Notes: a model not told the origin generated them from the sequence alone. DNA of 40,028 nucleotides from Patescibacteria group bacterium (GCA_018816815.1 JAHIVD010000019.1:1-40028), one strand, 5' to 3'. Shown: positions 8,986-18,566, counted from the first letter of the stretch. Numbers and translations: made by a program.

Positions 8986-9680
8986 CAGATTCGTCTCATG
9001 CCAGCAGGTATACTACTCTCTCGACATCTCTCCGCTCTTTCCAGATATACCCCTCTTTCAACCTCATTTAACGCGGAGGACGATGCTTCTTTAGCTAAAA
9101 AATTGCAGCCAGATAATTTGGAGACCGACACTTGTTTGGCCGCCGATTCTTCTTTGGCTAAATTAAGCCTATCTATAAGCTCTTGATCCCACTTAGATAA
9201 ACTATTTATTGTTGCCCTGATTGACATCTGTGCTCTTTTGTCAGAAACATTGCTATAAACTGATTGCAAAACACTCATCTGCCCGGTTATATTTTTGCTA
9301 ACCTCTATTGCAAAATCCGGATCTTTTAAATTAGCTCTACCAATAAATTCCTGCAGGTGAAACAGGTACTGATGCAAAGTTGACTCAATCAAATCCTGAC
9401 GGGTATTAACCAAACCTTTAACTTCCCTAATCCGTCTTGTTGAAAATTCAAGCTCACGGACTGCTGCTACTTGAGTAGTGCCTGCAAATTTTAGTTCCAA
9501 GATTTCACGGACTGATTTTAGAAAATAAAAAGGGGAAGCAGGGGTAATTTGAGATTGACCAAGCCCATCTTCTTGAGCAAAAACAGGAGAAATACAGAAA
9601 GGTGTAGAAATATAGAAAATGGAAGGTAAAAGACAAAATATAGCAAGCAAAAGAAAAACCTTAGTAGTAAATTTTCTCAC
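8985..9680 (-). CDS. Secreted helical protein, DUF5667-like
   Basis: Signal peptide ending AQ. SPFYFLKSVREILELKF resembles the N-terminal signature of DUF5667-type proteins as I recall it from memory. Confidence 0.5.
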   Translation of the reverse strand: MRKFTTKVFLLLAIFCLLPSIFYISTPFCISPVFAQEDGLGQSQITPASPFYFLKSVREILELKFAGTTQVAAVRELEFSTRRIREVKGLVNTRQDLIESTLHQYLFHLQEFIGRANLKDPDFAIEVSKNITGQMSVLQSVYSNVSDKRAQMSIRATINSLSKWDQELIDRLNLAKEESAAKQVSVSKLSGCNFLAKEASSSALNEVERGVYLERAERCRESSIPAGMRRI

Positions 9681-9684
9681 TACC

Positions 9685-9798
9685 CTATTCTACCACTTCA
9701 GGCTTTCTTCTTCCCACGATCTTCTCAAATTCCTCTGACTCTAGCGGTTTAGGATCAAAACTGGGATTAAAAACTAGTTCAGATTGATCGCAAGCCAT
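9685..9798 (-). pseudogene. 37-codon ORF whose C-terminus copies the FtsH C-terminus (displaced ftsH 3' fragment)
   Basis: It translates to MACDQSELVFNPSFDPKPLESEEFEKIVGRRKPEVVE, compared with FtsH ...[17 protein letters not shown]. The nucleotide core 9708-9729 is nearly identical to 10350-10372. Confidence 0.5.
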
Positions 9799-9963
9799 CC
9801 TCCATAGAATCAAATAGGGCTTTCCCTCTACTACTCAAAAATTGGTATAATAGTTTTATGGAAACTCAGGATCTATTTAGGGAATGTGAAAAAGAAACTT
9901 CTCCTCCTGATCGTTATTGGCTTGCAGATTATATTGACTCGCAAAACATAAGACTTAGGACAG

Positions 9964-10293
9964 ATGATCCTTATTACGCTTATCTTAGCGTCCCCGGATG
10001 CATCTATGAAGCTCTTCATGATGCAGCAATCGGAGCAGCCAGCAACCGATGCTGAAAAAGCCACTAGACTTTCTGATCTAGCCCGTATTCTTGCATACTT
10101 AACCTCTCATCTTATGACCGACCCGGAGCAACGCCACTTAAAACAGCGGGCAGAAAATAATATTGCTCCCTACGCTAAACAAGAAATTGAAATTACAGAT
10201 GAAACACGAAAAGACCTGCATTGGATTTTTGATACATTTGAGTTAGACCTAAAGCTCTTGCTTCCGGAAACTAAAAAAATATCAACGCCATGA
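9964..10293 (+). CDS. Hypothetical protein; possibly frameshifted together with overlapping ORF 9858-10055
   Basis: Only an ORF, with no recognisable motif. A TGGTATAAT extended -10 (9842-9850) lies 7 nt upstream of the ATG at 9858. The region looks more GC-rich than its flanks by eye. Confidence 0.3.
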   Translation: MILITLILASPDASMKLFMMQQSEQPATDAEKATRLSDLARILAYLTSHLMTDPEQRHLKQRAENNIAPYAKQEIEITDETRKDLHWIFDTFELDLKLLLPETKKISTP

Positions 10294-10336
10294 CAGAAAA
10301 ACCTTATAGATTAAACTCCTAAGTTGCACTTTTACG

Positions 10337-13300
10337 CTAAACGCTCTTTTTCTTCCCGACGATCTTCTCAAACTCATCCCCTTCCAGGGTTTCTTTTTCT
10401 AAAAGTGCTTTAGCAACAGCGTCCAGCTTGACTCTGTGTTTTCTTAAGATATCCTGAGCCGCCTTAAAACAACTATCTGTGATTTTTCTGACTTCGCAGT
10501 CAACTGCATTGTGCAGTTTTGGCGAAAGATCTACCCCTTCTTTCATTCCCCTCCAGATCCCAAACACTGGTCTGGGATTAACATTAATTGGACCTAAACT
10601 GGACATACCATACTCTGTCACCATGTGTCTGGCTATGTTTGTTGCTATTTCAATATCAGATGCTGCACCTGTTGAAATGTCTTTGAATGTCAGCTCCTCT
10701 GCTGCTTGTCCGCCCAAAGCAGCTGTAATCTGTTCTAATAGCCTGGACTTGCTTTCATTAGACCGGTCCTGTGTTGGAGGAAAAAGGGTGTGTCCGCCGG
10801 ATAAACCCCTGGAAATAATCGAAATCCGGTGAAGCGGATCAACTTTTTTAAGAAAATGTCCGACAATTGCATGACCTGCCTCATGATAGGCTGCCAGGTT
10901 TCTATCTTGCTCTGACTGCATCCTTTTCCGCTGTGGTCCTAATTTTTCCTTTGTAGCAGCCTCTTCCAAATCGTGATTATCAATAGCAGTTTTATCCTCT
11001 CTTGCTGCCAAAATTGCTGCTTCATTTAGCATGTTTGCCAAATCAGCACCGGAAAACCCAACAGTTCGTCTGGCTAACTTTCCCGGATCAACATTTTTGG
11101 TAAAAGGCTTACCCTTCATATGCAGTTCAATAATAGCTTTCCGCTCCTGCAGGTCAGGCATACTTACAACAACACGTCTATCAAACCTGCCTGGCCTTAT
11201 AAGTGCTGCATCCAAGAGATCAGGGCGGTTGGTAGCTGCGAGAATTATGACCCGTTCATTAGGAGTAAACCCATCCATTTCTACCAATATCTGGTTTAAA
11301 GTTTGCTCTCTTTCGTCGTGGCCTCCGGAAAATCCCATACCGCGCTGGCGGCCGATTGATTCAATTTCGTCAATAAAAATAATAGACGGAGAATTTTTCT
11401 TAGCTTGTGCAAACATATCACGAACCCTACTATTATGAAGCAGGACTGGTTTTTCTCCTCCAAAAAAAGCCTCATTTTCTACTCCACATAAATCATAAAC
11501 AAAACCATGATACTTTTTCTTAGTAACCTTTTTAACAATTGCTCTTTTAAATTGATTAGGATATTTTGCCTGAGGCAAAAATGGATTAGAAGTTTTACCG
11601 ATAATCAGTGTCCAAAATTCACCATCCGGCAATGGTCTATCCAAAATAATCCTTCCGCCTTTGATCCTTTCATGTTTAATACCTACTTTAATACCATGCA
11701 TTGAACAAAGCCATGCCAATTCTTTGATAAGTTGATGGCTGACTGAAGACATACAGAGTTTACCTGATTTGGTAATATAACCATCACCCCTGGAATAACC
11801 TTCCAGGAAAGCCAGAAAGTACTTTTTGGGTAACAGCCATAAAATCTCCGGTATATGCTTATTATGAGAACCATTACCGCAGAATCTAGCAAAAAACCTG
11901 CCTAAATGGTGAGAATAATAGTTAATTTTTACGCTGTGATCTTTTCTTTCTAAAACTACAGGTTTCACACCAAAAACATCCTCCATTAAATCAATACAAT
12001 CCCCGTAAACTGCTGGTTCGTGTGAACCAAAGGTGAATTCTAAACTACCAGTACCCCTACCTTCAGCAGTGTAAAACCCGAACAATTTCATCAGTTTGCA
12101 GGTTACTGATACTTGATCCGGCAGATTAAGTTTAACTAGCTTCTTTGAAAGGACTTGTGGAAAATGCACGCCTTTTTGCCAATTTAGGACTGTAGTTTGA
12201 CAAACCCCTGTTTCTGAAGCTAACCGGTAAGAGGACGATTTATCTGGATTTTGTAATACAAACTGATGCAAATACTGAATGCTTTCATCGTCTTCCCAGA
12301 AATCTAGAGTAATTTTAGAAGTTTCTTCAAATAAATGAGTTTTTATTCTATGAATGGTTTTTTTAACTACATCATCCCAGTGTTTTACATTTAACGGTAA
12401 CTCTACTAATAAATCTCCTTTTTTAAGTTCGCTTGCTTTTTTAGGCATAATCCCACCATGAGTTCTGACAAAAACAGAATGATCACCTGTTGTTTGTAGT
12501 TTACCCCCTAAATATTCAATATGATAAATTTCCGGAACTTTATGTCTGTAAACTGCTTCTACATCTTTCCAGGCGCTTGATTTAAACACTAATTGCTTAC
12601 CTTTGGTGCCCCGGAAACCATTTTGTTCTTTATCAAAACCTAAAGTTTGAATTCCCTCTGTTTTTTTAACTACACTGTGTTCATTTCCTGTGTAGAACCG
12701 ATCCACAAAATCTTTTATAGGAATTAATCCTATACCATCTTTGTCTTTAATTAAAATAGGTGTATCTCCTGTTACAGAAGCACCTACGCCTACTAACATT
12801 TCCATAAATTCAGATCCTGCTATAGAGTAAAAGGGTACGCCAGCCTCCCCTGCCACGGCTCGTGAAATTAAAGTTTTTCCGGTTCCAGCAGGGCCTACCA
12901 ATAACACCCCTTTGGGAATTCTGGCACCTAAGGCTTTAAATTTTTCCGGAGTTTTTAGAAATTCCACTATCTCAGACAGTTCTTTTTTGGCCTCCTCAGC
13001 TCCTGCCACATCTGTAAATTTGATCTGAGGAGCATCTTTGGAAAAAAGTTTGGCTTTACTTTGGGCAAAAGAAAAAACACCCTGTCCTGCATCACGGGCA
13101 TTCTTAAATAAAAAAACCATTAAACCTACCAGAATCAATATTGGCAAAACCGCAGATAAAATCCCGATCCAGGCTTGCTGAACAGATAAGTCCTTTATTT
13201 CAATAGTAACGGATTTTGGATCAACACCACTTGACTCGAAAATCTTATATATTGACTCACCCTCCTCCTTATGAGAAGTAAGCTTCTTGTCTGAATCTTT

Positions 13301-13552
13301 TACTTCTGCTGTTACCTTATCCCCTTCTATAGAGATTTTTGTCAATTTGTTGTCTTTAACATCAGAAACAATCTGAGAAATTGGCACTTCACTGCTATCA
13401 TCAGTTTTAGGCCCGCCGGAAACCTGATAAAAGAAAATAAGTGCAGCCAAAGCAATTAAGGTATAAACAGCTAAGCCTTTAAAAACTGCTAAAAGCTTTT
13501 TCTTATTTAAGAATTTTTTATTAAAACCGACTCTCTTTCTGCTGTTTGCCAT
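10337..13552 (-). CDS. ftsH: ATP-dependent zinc metalloprotease FtsH, interrupted by an intein
   Basis: TM helices, Walker A (GPAGTGKT), Walker B (IIFIDEIE), second region of homology (PGRFDR) and the HEAGH zinc site are all present. The ORF is 1071 aa; 622 aa remain after removing the insert. Confidence 0.95.
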   Translation of the reverse strand: MANSRKRVGFNKKFLNKKKLLAVFKGLAVYTLIALAALIFFYQVSGGPKTDDSSEVPISQIVSDVKDNKLTKISIEGDKVTAEVKDSDKKLTSHKEEGESIYKIFESSGVDPKSVTIEIKDLSVQQAWIGILSAVLPILILVGLMVFLFKNARDAGQGVFSFAQSKAKLFSKDAPQIKFTDVAGAEEAKKELSEIVEFLKTPEKFKALGARIPKGVLLVGPAGTGKTLISRAVAGEAGVPFYSIAGSEFMEMLVGVGASVTGDTPILIKDKDGIGLIPIKDFVDRFYTGNEHSVVKKTEGIQTLGFDKEQNGFRGTKGKQLVFKSSAWKDVEAVYRHKVPEIYHIEYLGGKLQTTGDHSVFVRTHGGIMPKKASELKKGDLLVELPLNVKHWDDVVKKTIHRIKTHLFEETSKITLDFWEDDESIQYLHQFVLQNPDKSSSYRLASETGVCQTTVLNWQKGVHFPQVLSKKLVKLNLPDQVSVTCKLMKLFGFYTAEGRGTGSLEFTFGSHEPAVYGDCIDLMEDVFGVKPVVLERKDHSVKINYYSHHLGRFFARFCGNGSHNKHIPEILWLLPKKYFLAFLEGYSRGDGYITKSGKLCMSSVSHQLIKELAWLCSMHGIKVGIKHERIKGGRIILDRPLPDGEFWTLIIGKTSNPFLPQAKYPNQFKRAIVKKVTKKKYHGFVYDLCGVENEAFFGGEKPVLLHNSRVRDMFAQAKKNSPSIIFIDEIESIGRQRGMGFSGGHDEREQTLNQILVEMDGFTPNERVIILAATNRPDLLDAALIRPGRFDRRVVVSMPDLQERKAIIELHMKGKPFTKNVDPGKLARRTVGFSGADLANMLNEAAILAAREDKTAIDNHDLEEAATKEKLGPQRKRMQSEQDRNLAAYHEAGHAIVGHFLKKVDPLHRISIISRGLSGGHTLFPPTQDRSNESKSRLLEQITAALGGQAAEELTFKDISTGAASDIEIATNIARHMVTEYGMSSLGPINVNPRPVFGIWRGMKEGVDLSPKLHNAVDCEVRKITDSCFKAAQDILRKHRVKLDAVAKALLEKETLEGDEFEKIVGKKKSV
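11432..12778 (-). mobile_element. Intein (449 codons) with a LAGLIDADG homing-endonuclease domain
   Basis: It starts with Ser259 (SVTGDTPIL) and has TGDH as a block B candidate. LAGLIDADG-like motifs are [11 protein letters not shown] and [12 protein letters not shown]. It ends VLLHN (Asn707) before Ser708. Joining the exteins restores GVGA|SRVRD. Confidence 0.88.
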
Positions 13553-13565
13553 AAGTAAGAGGGAA

Positions 13566-13574
13566 ATTATATCA
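13566..13574 (-). promoter_or_regulatory. Extended -10 element (TGATATAAT) 13 nt upstream of the ftsH ATG
   Basis: Sequence match only. It implies a very short or absent 5' leader. Confidence 0.3.
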
Positions 13575-13740
13575 TTGCTAGCTTCAAATTGCTACTTGCT
13601 AAGATTACCATATTAATTAACTTAAATGAACTTAAATCCTTAAAAAAATCTTAAAAACAGGAATTTTGTAAGTAAAAAATTGATAATTAAATAGTGTTAG
13701 TGTCGGGCGTTTAGTAAAACCTTTCTTTACTTAAAATAAT

Positions 13741-14781
13741 CTAAAAATAGTCTATTTTCATTGCCTTTTTAACTTCTGCTAAAGTTTTCTGAGCCTCAAT
13801 GCGGGCTTTCTCAGTTCCCTTTTTTAAAATCTTCTCTACCAGCTCTGGTTTTTTTTCATACTCTGCTCTTTTTTCCCTGATAGGATCCAGGAAATTATTC
13901 AAAACCCGGGCCAAATACTTTTTTACCTCAATATCACCTACCTGGCCCTTTGTATATTGATCTTTATATCTTGCTATTTGACTGCTATCAGCTTCAGCAC
14001 CAAAAGCATCCAAATATGTAAACACCGGATTTCCTTCCACTGTTCCAGGATCAGTTGAGTGAATTCTTTTAGGATCTGTATACATACTCATAACTTTTTT
14101 TTCTACATCCTTAGCAGAATCTGATAGATTTATAACATTACCGGCAGATTTACTCATCTTGACTGCCCCGTCCGTACCAGGCAAAGTAGGAATTTCTCCA
14201 ATTAAAGGTTTTGGTTCGGGAAAAACAACCTCATATGTTCTATTAAAATCCCTGGCTATTTCTCTTGTAACTTCTATATGAGACTCTTGATCCTTGCCCA
14301 CAGGCACCAGATCTCCTTTTACCATCAAAATATCTGCTGCCTGGAGTACTGGATAACCAAGCAAGCCATATGAAGGAATTTGAATATCAGCATCCCTCAT
14401 GACATCTTTTAGAGTTGGCATACGCTGAAGTCTGGGAATTGTTGTCAAGTTCCCAAAAATAACAGCCAACTGTGTAACTTCAGGTATTTGGGATTGTATA
14501 TAAATTGTGGATTTTTGAGGATCAATCCCTACTGATAAATAATCTAGTGTCATTTGGTGAATATTGTTTTTTAAATCAGCTGTTTTCTCTGGCTTAGTAG
14601 TTAAAGTATGTAAATCTGCAATTATAAAATAACATTCATATTCATCCTGTAGCTTTACTCTATTAGCATGTGAGCCTACATAATGACCCAAATGCAACTT
14701 ACCTGTTGGCCTATCTCCTGTGAGGATACGCTTCTTAGTATTCTTACTCTGAGTTTGTTGAAGAATTGGTTTCTGCTTCAT
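13741..14781 (-). CDS. trpS: Tryptophanyl-tRNA synthetase
   Basis: Class I HIGH-like motif (GKLHLGHYVG), KMSKS motif, and the size and layout typical of TrpRS. Confidence 0.93.
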   Translation of the reverse strand: MKQKPILQQTQSKNTKKRILTGDRPTGKLHLGHYVGSHANRVKLQDEYECYFIIADLHTLTTKPEKTADLKNNIHQMTLDYLSVGIDPQKSTIYIQSQIPEVTQLAVIFGNLTTIPRLQRMPTLKDVMRDADIQIPSYGLLGYPVLQAADILMVKGDLVPVGKDQESHIEVTREIARDFNRTYEVVFPEPKPLIGEIPTLPGTDGAVKMSKSAGNVINLSDSAKDVEKKVMSMYTDPKRIHSTDPGTVEGNPVFTYLDAFGAEADSSQIARYKDQYTKGQVGDIEVKKYLARVLNNFLDPIREKRAEYEKKPELVEKILKKGTEKARIEAQKTLAEVKKAMKIDYF

Positions 14782-15403
14782 GCTTTCTAGTTTATCATAA
14801 AATTCCCATCAAAGAAATTTTTTATTGTCTCGAAAACGCCCAAGTTTTAGTGCCAGATGTTAAAGAAGGTCTGAACTTTTAAATATAAACAAAATCTCAA
14901 TTTTTAAATTAGACTCACCTCTAAAAAAGATGTGCGAAAATTGATTAAACAAAAGTTTAGATACCTGGCAAGGTATTTTTAAAGAAAGTATTGAATTGAA
15001 AGGAAGGATTGCTAAAAACTGAAGCTTCTAGATTACTGGGATGTAAAGAGTTAGGTAAGAAATTTTGCCTAGCAGATTAAATTCAATGGGGAATTTAAAC
15101 ATTCTGTAATTGGAGCGGAAGGAAAAACTTATACCTAGACATATCAGCCATCTAAGACAAAAGGTGACCCTCAAACAGAAGCTACAACAACTTTTAACCA
15201 TTACCCTAGAAGATATGTTACACAGATTCCTACCATATCCTTGTTTGGCATTAGGTATAAAATACCAACAAACTACATAGATTGCAGGATTCGGGTTTAC
15301 ATAAGAGGTAATAAGGTCTTGCTTAAAAACATGAATAAAAATTTTACAAATTCGTACTGAAGGTTTAACTACTACTTCAGTTTAAAGACAGCCAAATTAG
15401 AGA

Positions 15404-16390
15404 TTATTTGCTGTCTGTTTTATAATAAACCCTAGTTCCTGCTGCGTCTGGATTAAAAGTATTTTTTACCCATAAATCGATTCCAGTCCCCATTAAAGGC
15501 TCTATTGTTTTTGGATACAAAACCCGCGCTCCTGCCATAGCCATCTGATGAGCTCTAACCTGACTTAACTCAGGTATAAACTGGGCATTTGGTTCTTTTC
15601 TTGGATCAGCACTGTAAACTCCATCTACATCAGTCCAAATCCACACTTCATCGGCGTCCAAAACTTTTCCTAAAATTGATGCTGTATAATCAGATCCACC
15701 TCTTCCTAAAGTCGTAGTCTTCCTATATCTAGTAGAACCTATAAACCCAGTGACTATAGGTATTACTCCGTCTGTCACCATAGGCAAAAGTAAATCCCTT
15801 GCATATCTTGCGGTTTTTTCTATATCCGGAGAAGCTTGACCAAAATTATCATCTGTCTCTATGATCTCTGTTGCATCAACGGTCTCAGCAACCAAACCCC
15901 GAGATAATAATTTTGCTTGAACAATCCTAATACTTAATCTTTCTCCATAAGACAAAATCCTGTCTGATTTTTCACTAGTCAATCCTCTTAATTCTGAAGC
16001 ATACTGATAGAGTTCAAAGAAAAGCTCCTCTATTCTAGTATTTAAAGATGTTTTTAAAGGATGCGAAAGATTCAAATTATTCGCTACATCTAAATGACGG
16101 TAAAAAATATCCTCTAGACCCAACTCCAACTCTAATCTTTTCCCGTCTTGGATACACTTTCCAATACCAACTAAACTATCGGTCACTCCTTTGATCGCTG
16201 AAGCTACTACTACCAAGGAGTTTCCTTCTCTTGTGTATCGCTCTATTATTGAGGTTGTCCGTGCAATAGGTATAGGACCCCCTACAGAAGTACCTCCAAA
16301 TTTCATCACCAAAAGCGGTTTTGTTGCTGTTTCCGTATCGCAATCATTCATGAATCCATTTTGCTTTGTTACTAATAATTCTTTTGTCAT
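15404..16390 (-). CDS. Aspartate kinase catalytic (amino-acid kinase) domain only; no ACT regulatory domains
   Basis: KFGGTSVG, LSYGERLS and TTLGRGGSDYTA...WTDVDGVYSADPR are aspartokinase signatures. The ORF stops at 328 aa, right where the ACT domains normally begin. Confidence 0.8.
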   Translation of the reverse strand: MTKELLVTKQNGFMNDCDTETATKPLLVMKFGGTSVGGPIPIARTTSIIERYTREGNSLVVVASAIKGVTDSLVGIGKCIQDGKRLELELGLEDIFYRHLDVANNLNLSHPLKTSLNTRIEELFFELYQYASELRGLTSEKSDRILSYGERLSIRIVQAKLLSRGLVAETVDATEIIETDDNFGQASPDIEKTARYARDLLLPMVTDGVIPIVTGFIGSTRYRKTTTLGRGGSDYTASILGKVLDADEVWIWTDVDGVYSADPRKEPNAQFIPELSQVRAHQMAMAGARVLYPKTIEPLMGTGIDLWVKNTFNPDAAGTRVYYKTDSK

Positions 16391-16404
16391 ATATTTTCTC
16401 CAAT

Positions 16405-16430
16405 AAAAAACCCCTCATCTTGAGAGGTAG
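16405..16430 (-). terminator. Intrinsic-terminator-like hairpin (CCUCUC AAGAU GAGGGG plus U6) 15 nt upstream of the aspartokinase ATG
   Basis: Hand fold of the minus-strand RNA: a 6-bp stem including one G-U pair, then UUUUUUAUU, then the GGAG Shine-Dalgarno and ATG. Confidence 0.45.
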
Positions 16431-16466
16431 TTACCGAAAACGCTTTTATCAAGCGACAACTACCCC

Positions 16467-17510
16467 CTAAATAGGAGTTTTTTTAGTTTTTTTACTTGTT
16501 TTTTGGTTAGCTTTATAAAATTCAGAATCATTATCTTTTGATCGTAACTGTGTTTTTAGTATTCTATCAATTCCTTTTAGGAAACTTAAAGCAATTTTTC
16601 CTAAGTCCTCTATATTGTAACCGCCTTCCTGTACAATCAATGCAGGTAATTTTAATTTAAATATCTCCTGACTTATTTTTTCGTAAAATGGAATAGTAAG
16701 CTTAAATCCGCCAATTGGATCTTTTTCATATGTATCAAATCCAGCAGAAATAACTAAAAAACTTGGATTAAAAACTTGAATACGCTTTAATGTTTGTTTT
16801 AACACACACATATACTGTGCATTTGTTGTTTCAAGAGGAAGCGGAAAATTCTTATTAAATCCCAATCCTTCATCTGATCCTTGTTCGTTTGCAAATCCAC
16901 TACTGTAAGGGAATTTAATATGCGGGTCAGCATGAATAGATATATAGAAAACATCAGACCGATCATAGAAAATGCTTTGTGTTCCGTTTCCATGATGGAA
17001 ATCTATATCAAGAATTGCAACTTTACCGTGTTCCGAAAGATAATTAGCAGCTATTGCAGCATTGTTAAAATAGCAGTATCCTCCCATTGTTTTATGTCCG
17101 GCATGATGACCTGGCGGTCGGCAAAGCGCATAAACCGTTTGTTCGCCTTGGAGAAGATACTTTGCGCCGGTAAGCACTACATCTACTGCAGTTTTTGCTG
17201 CCGTATAAGTCTTATTGGTAATTGGAGTGTATGTGTCCATAATAAAATACGAGGGATAAAGCACCTGGGATTGTTTGAGCTGTGCCGATCTTTTTCTCAA
17301 GAAAGAAACGTATTCTTTTTGGTGTATATCGTGTATATGTTTTATTGAAAAGTGCTTCGGTGGAAAAAATACTGTTAATCCGCTCTCCTTCAAAGCCCTT
17401 AATATAGATGTTATCCGTTCAGCTTTTTCAGCATACGGTTCGCGCCTCCCATCATAAATTTCATAAGGAGGATCATGTTGACTATGTTTATTCGAATAAA
17501 TTATTTTCAT
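16467..17510 (-). CDS. Histone-deacetylase-family zinc deacetylase (acetylpolyamine amidohydrolase-like)
   Basis: RPPGHHA, DIDFHHGNGTQ, SAGFDTYEKDP and QEGGY are canonical arginase/deacetylase-fold HDAC motifs. Confidence 0.9.
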   Translation of the reverse strand: MKIIYSNKHSQHDPPYEIYDGRREPYAEKAERITSILRALKESGLTVFFPPKHFSIKHIHDIHQKEYVSFLRKRSAQLKQSQVLYPSYFIMDTYTPITNKTYTAAKTAVDVVLTGAKYLLQGEQTVYALCRPPGHHAGHKTMGGYCYFNNAAIAANYLSEHGKVAILDIDFHHGNGTQSIFYDRSDVFYISIHADPHIKFPYSSGFANEQGSDEGLGFNKNFPLPLETTNAQYMCVLKQTLKRIQVFNPSFLVISAGFDTYEKDPIGGFKLTIPFYEKISQEIFKLKLPALIVQEGGYNIEDLGKIALSFLKGIDRILKTQLRSKDNDSEFYKANQKTSKKTKKTPI

Positions 17511-17528
17511 ACCATATGGTCCAGATAG

Positions 17529-18566
17529 TTATATTGCCAGTTGTTTTATTGCTTCCGTTTGCATAAAGTCATAATGTTCATGCATTGCTTCTATCGACAA
17601 GTACATAAAGGTAAAGTCTCTGAGCTTGCCTTCTTCTACTAGTTGACCATCCCGTACAAGCGCATTCTGTACCAGAATTTGAGGCGCATTAGTACGCTCA
17701 GGGATACAAAATCCTGCACCATGACCTACCCTATCTGAACGAGACTGAAAATTACATTCTGCATAAATTAAGGGTGAAATATTATTGCGGCGTCTTTGAA
17801 GGTCGGATAATATTTGAGCGTTAAGTACGGCAACCGTTGCTGTCATGAATCCATTTCCTGTGTAACCATCTCTTGTTCTCCACTCTGTACTTTCGACTAA
17901 ATCAAGCTGACCATATGCAGCTGGTATGGACAATAACTCTGCCATTGCAGCACCAATAATTGTCCTGTCGTATTTAATTGCAGCAAACCAAACGTCTCTT
18001 CGGGAACGGGAATCGTATTGATTAGCATCCAATCTTCTTCTCAAATTATCCACTTGATACCGCTTCCAACCAAAAGTTTCACCCCACAAAGAATATACTT
18101 GATTTACTTGATCTTCATGGATTCGGTCAATAAAAGTGTAACCTTGCTGAAGAACTGATCGGATTCTTTCTATCGGCGAAATAATTTCTTCTCTTTGTTT
18201 ACTGACTGCTTTCATCATTACTTCACGAGGAACAATTAACTCTCTTCCTGGGCTGTTATCCGCCAAATACACAAACCAGGAATTATCATCAATAAATTCA
18301 TTTACTGGAAGCGCAACTTCCAGGTATGAATTCAAACCGTTGGTTGAAATATGCTGCATAACAGTTTCGCTAACTAACCCTCTAAAGAGGTTTCTACTGC
18401 TTTTACGCTGATGTCTCCTTCCAATCGCAATAAGCCTTTGGAAATTCTCTTCAAACTCGTTCGGATCAGAAGAATAGATACCATTAACGTAAATCCTGTC
18501 GTATGGTCTTCTTGAAACACCCAATCTGCCTGTGCTTGAAAATATAGCTTCAGTTTCTTTTGTCAT
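17529..18566 (-). CDS. Two-domain protein with a GNAT-like acetyltransferase C-terminal half; N-terminal 150 aa unknown
   Basis: IIGAAMAE...VESTEWRTRDGYTGNGFMTATVAVL looks like GNAT motif A and AECNFQSRSDRVGHGAGF like motif B. By hand count the protein has about 34 Arg and 8 Lys. Confidence 0.45.
   Translation of the reverse strand: MTKETEAIFSSTGRLGVSRRPYDRIYVNGIYSSDPNEFEENFQRLIAIGRRHQRKSSRNLFRGLVSETVMQHISTNGLNSYLEVALPVNEFIDDNSWFVYLADNSPGRELIVPREVMMKAVSKQREEIISPIERIRSVLQQGYTFIDRIHEDQVNQVYSLWGETFGWKRYQVDNLRRRLDANQYDSRSRRDVWFAAIKYDRTIIGAAMAELLSIPAAYGQLDLVESTEWRTRDGYTGNGFMTATVAVLNAQILSDLQRRRNNISPLIYAECNFQSRSDRVGHGAGFCIPERTNAPQILVQNALVRDGQLVEEGKLRDFTFMYLSIEAMHEHYDFMQTEAIKQLAI

Noticed and set aside
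14782-15403. Decayed ACT regulatory domains of the aspartokinase in the downstream ORF-free region
   Set aside because: Hand translation of all minus-strand frames gave no ACT-like segments. The idea remains untested by sensitive search.
16391-16466. Lysine (L-box) riboswitch in front of the aspartokinase
   Set aside because: The gap is only 76 nt, far shorter than a lysine riboswitch aptamer. Only a terminator-type hairpin and a second stem are present.
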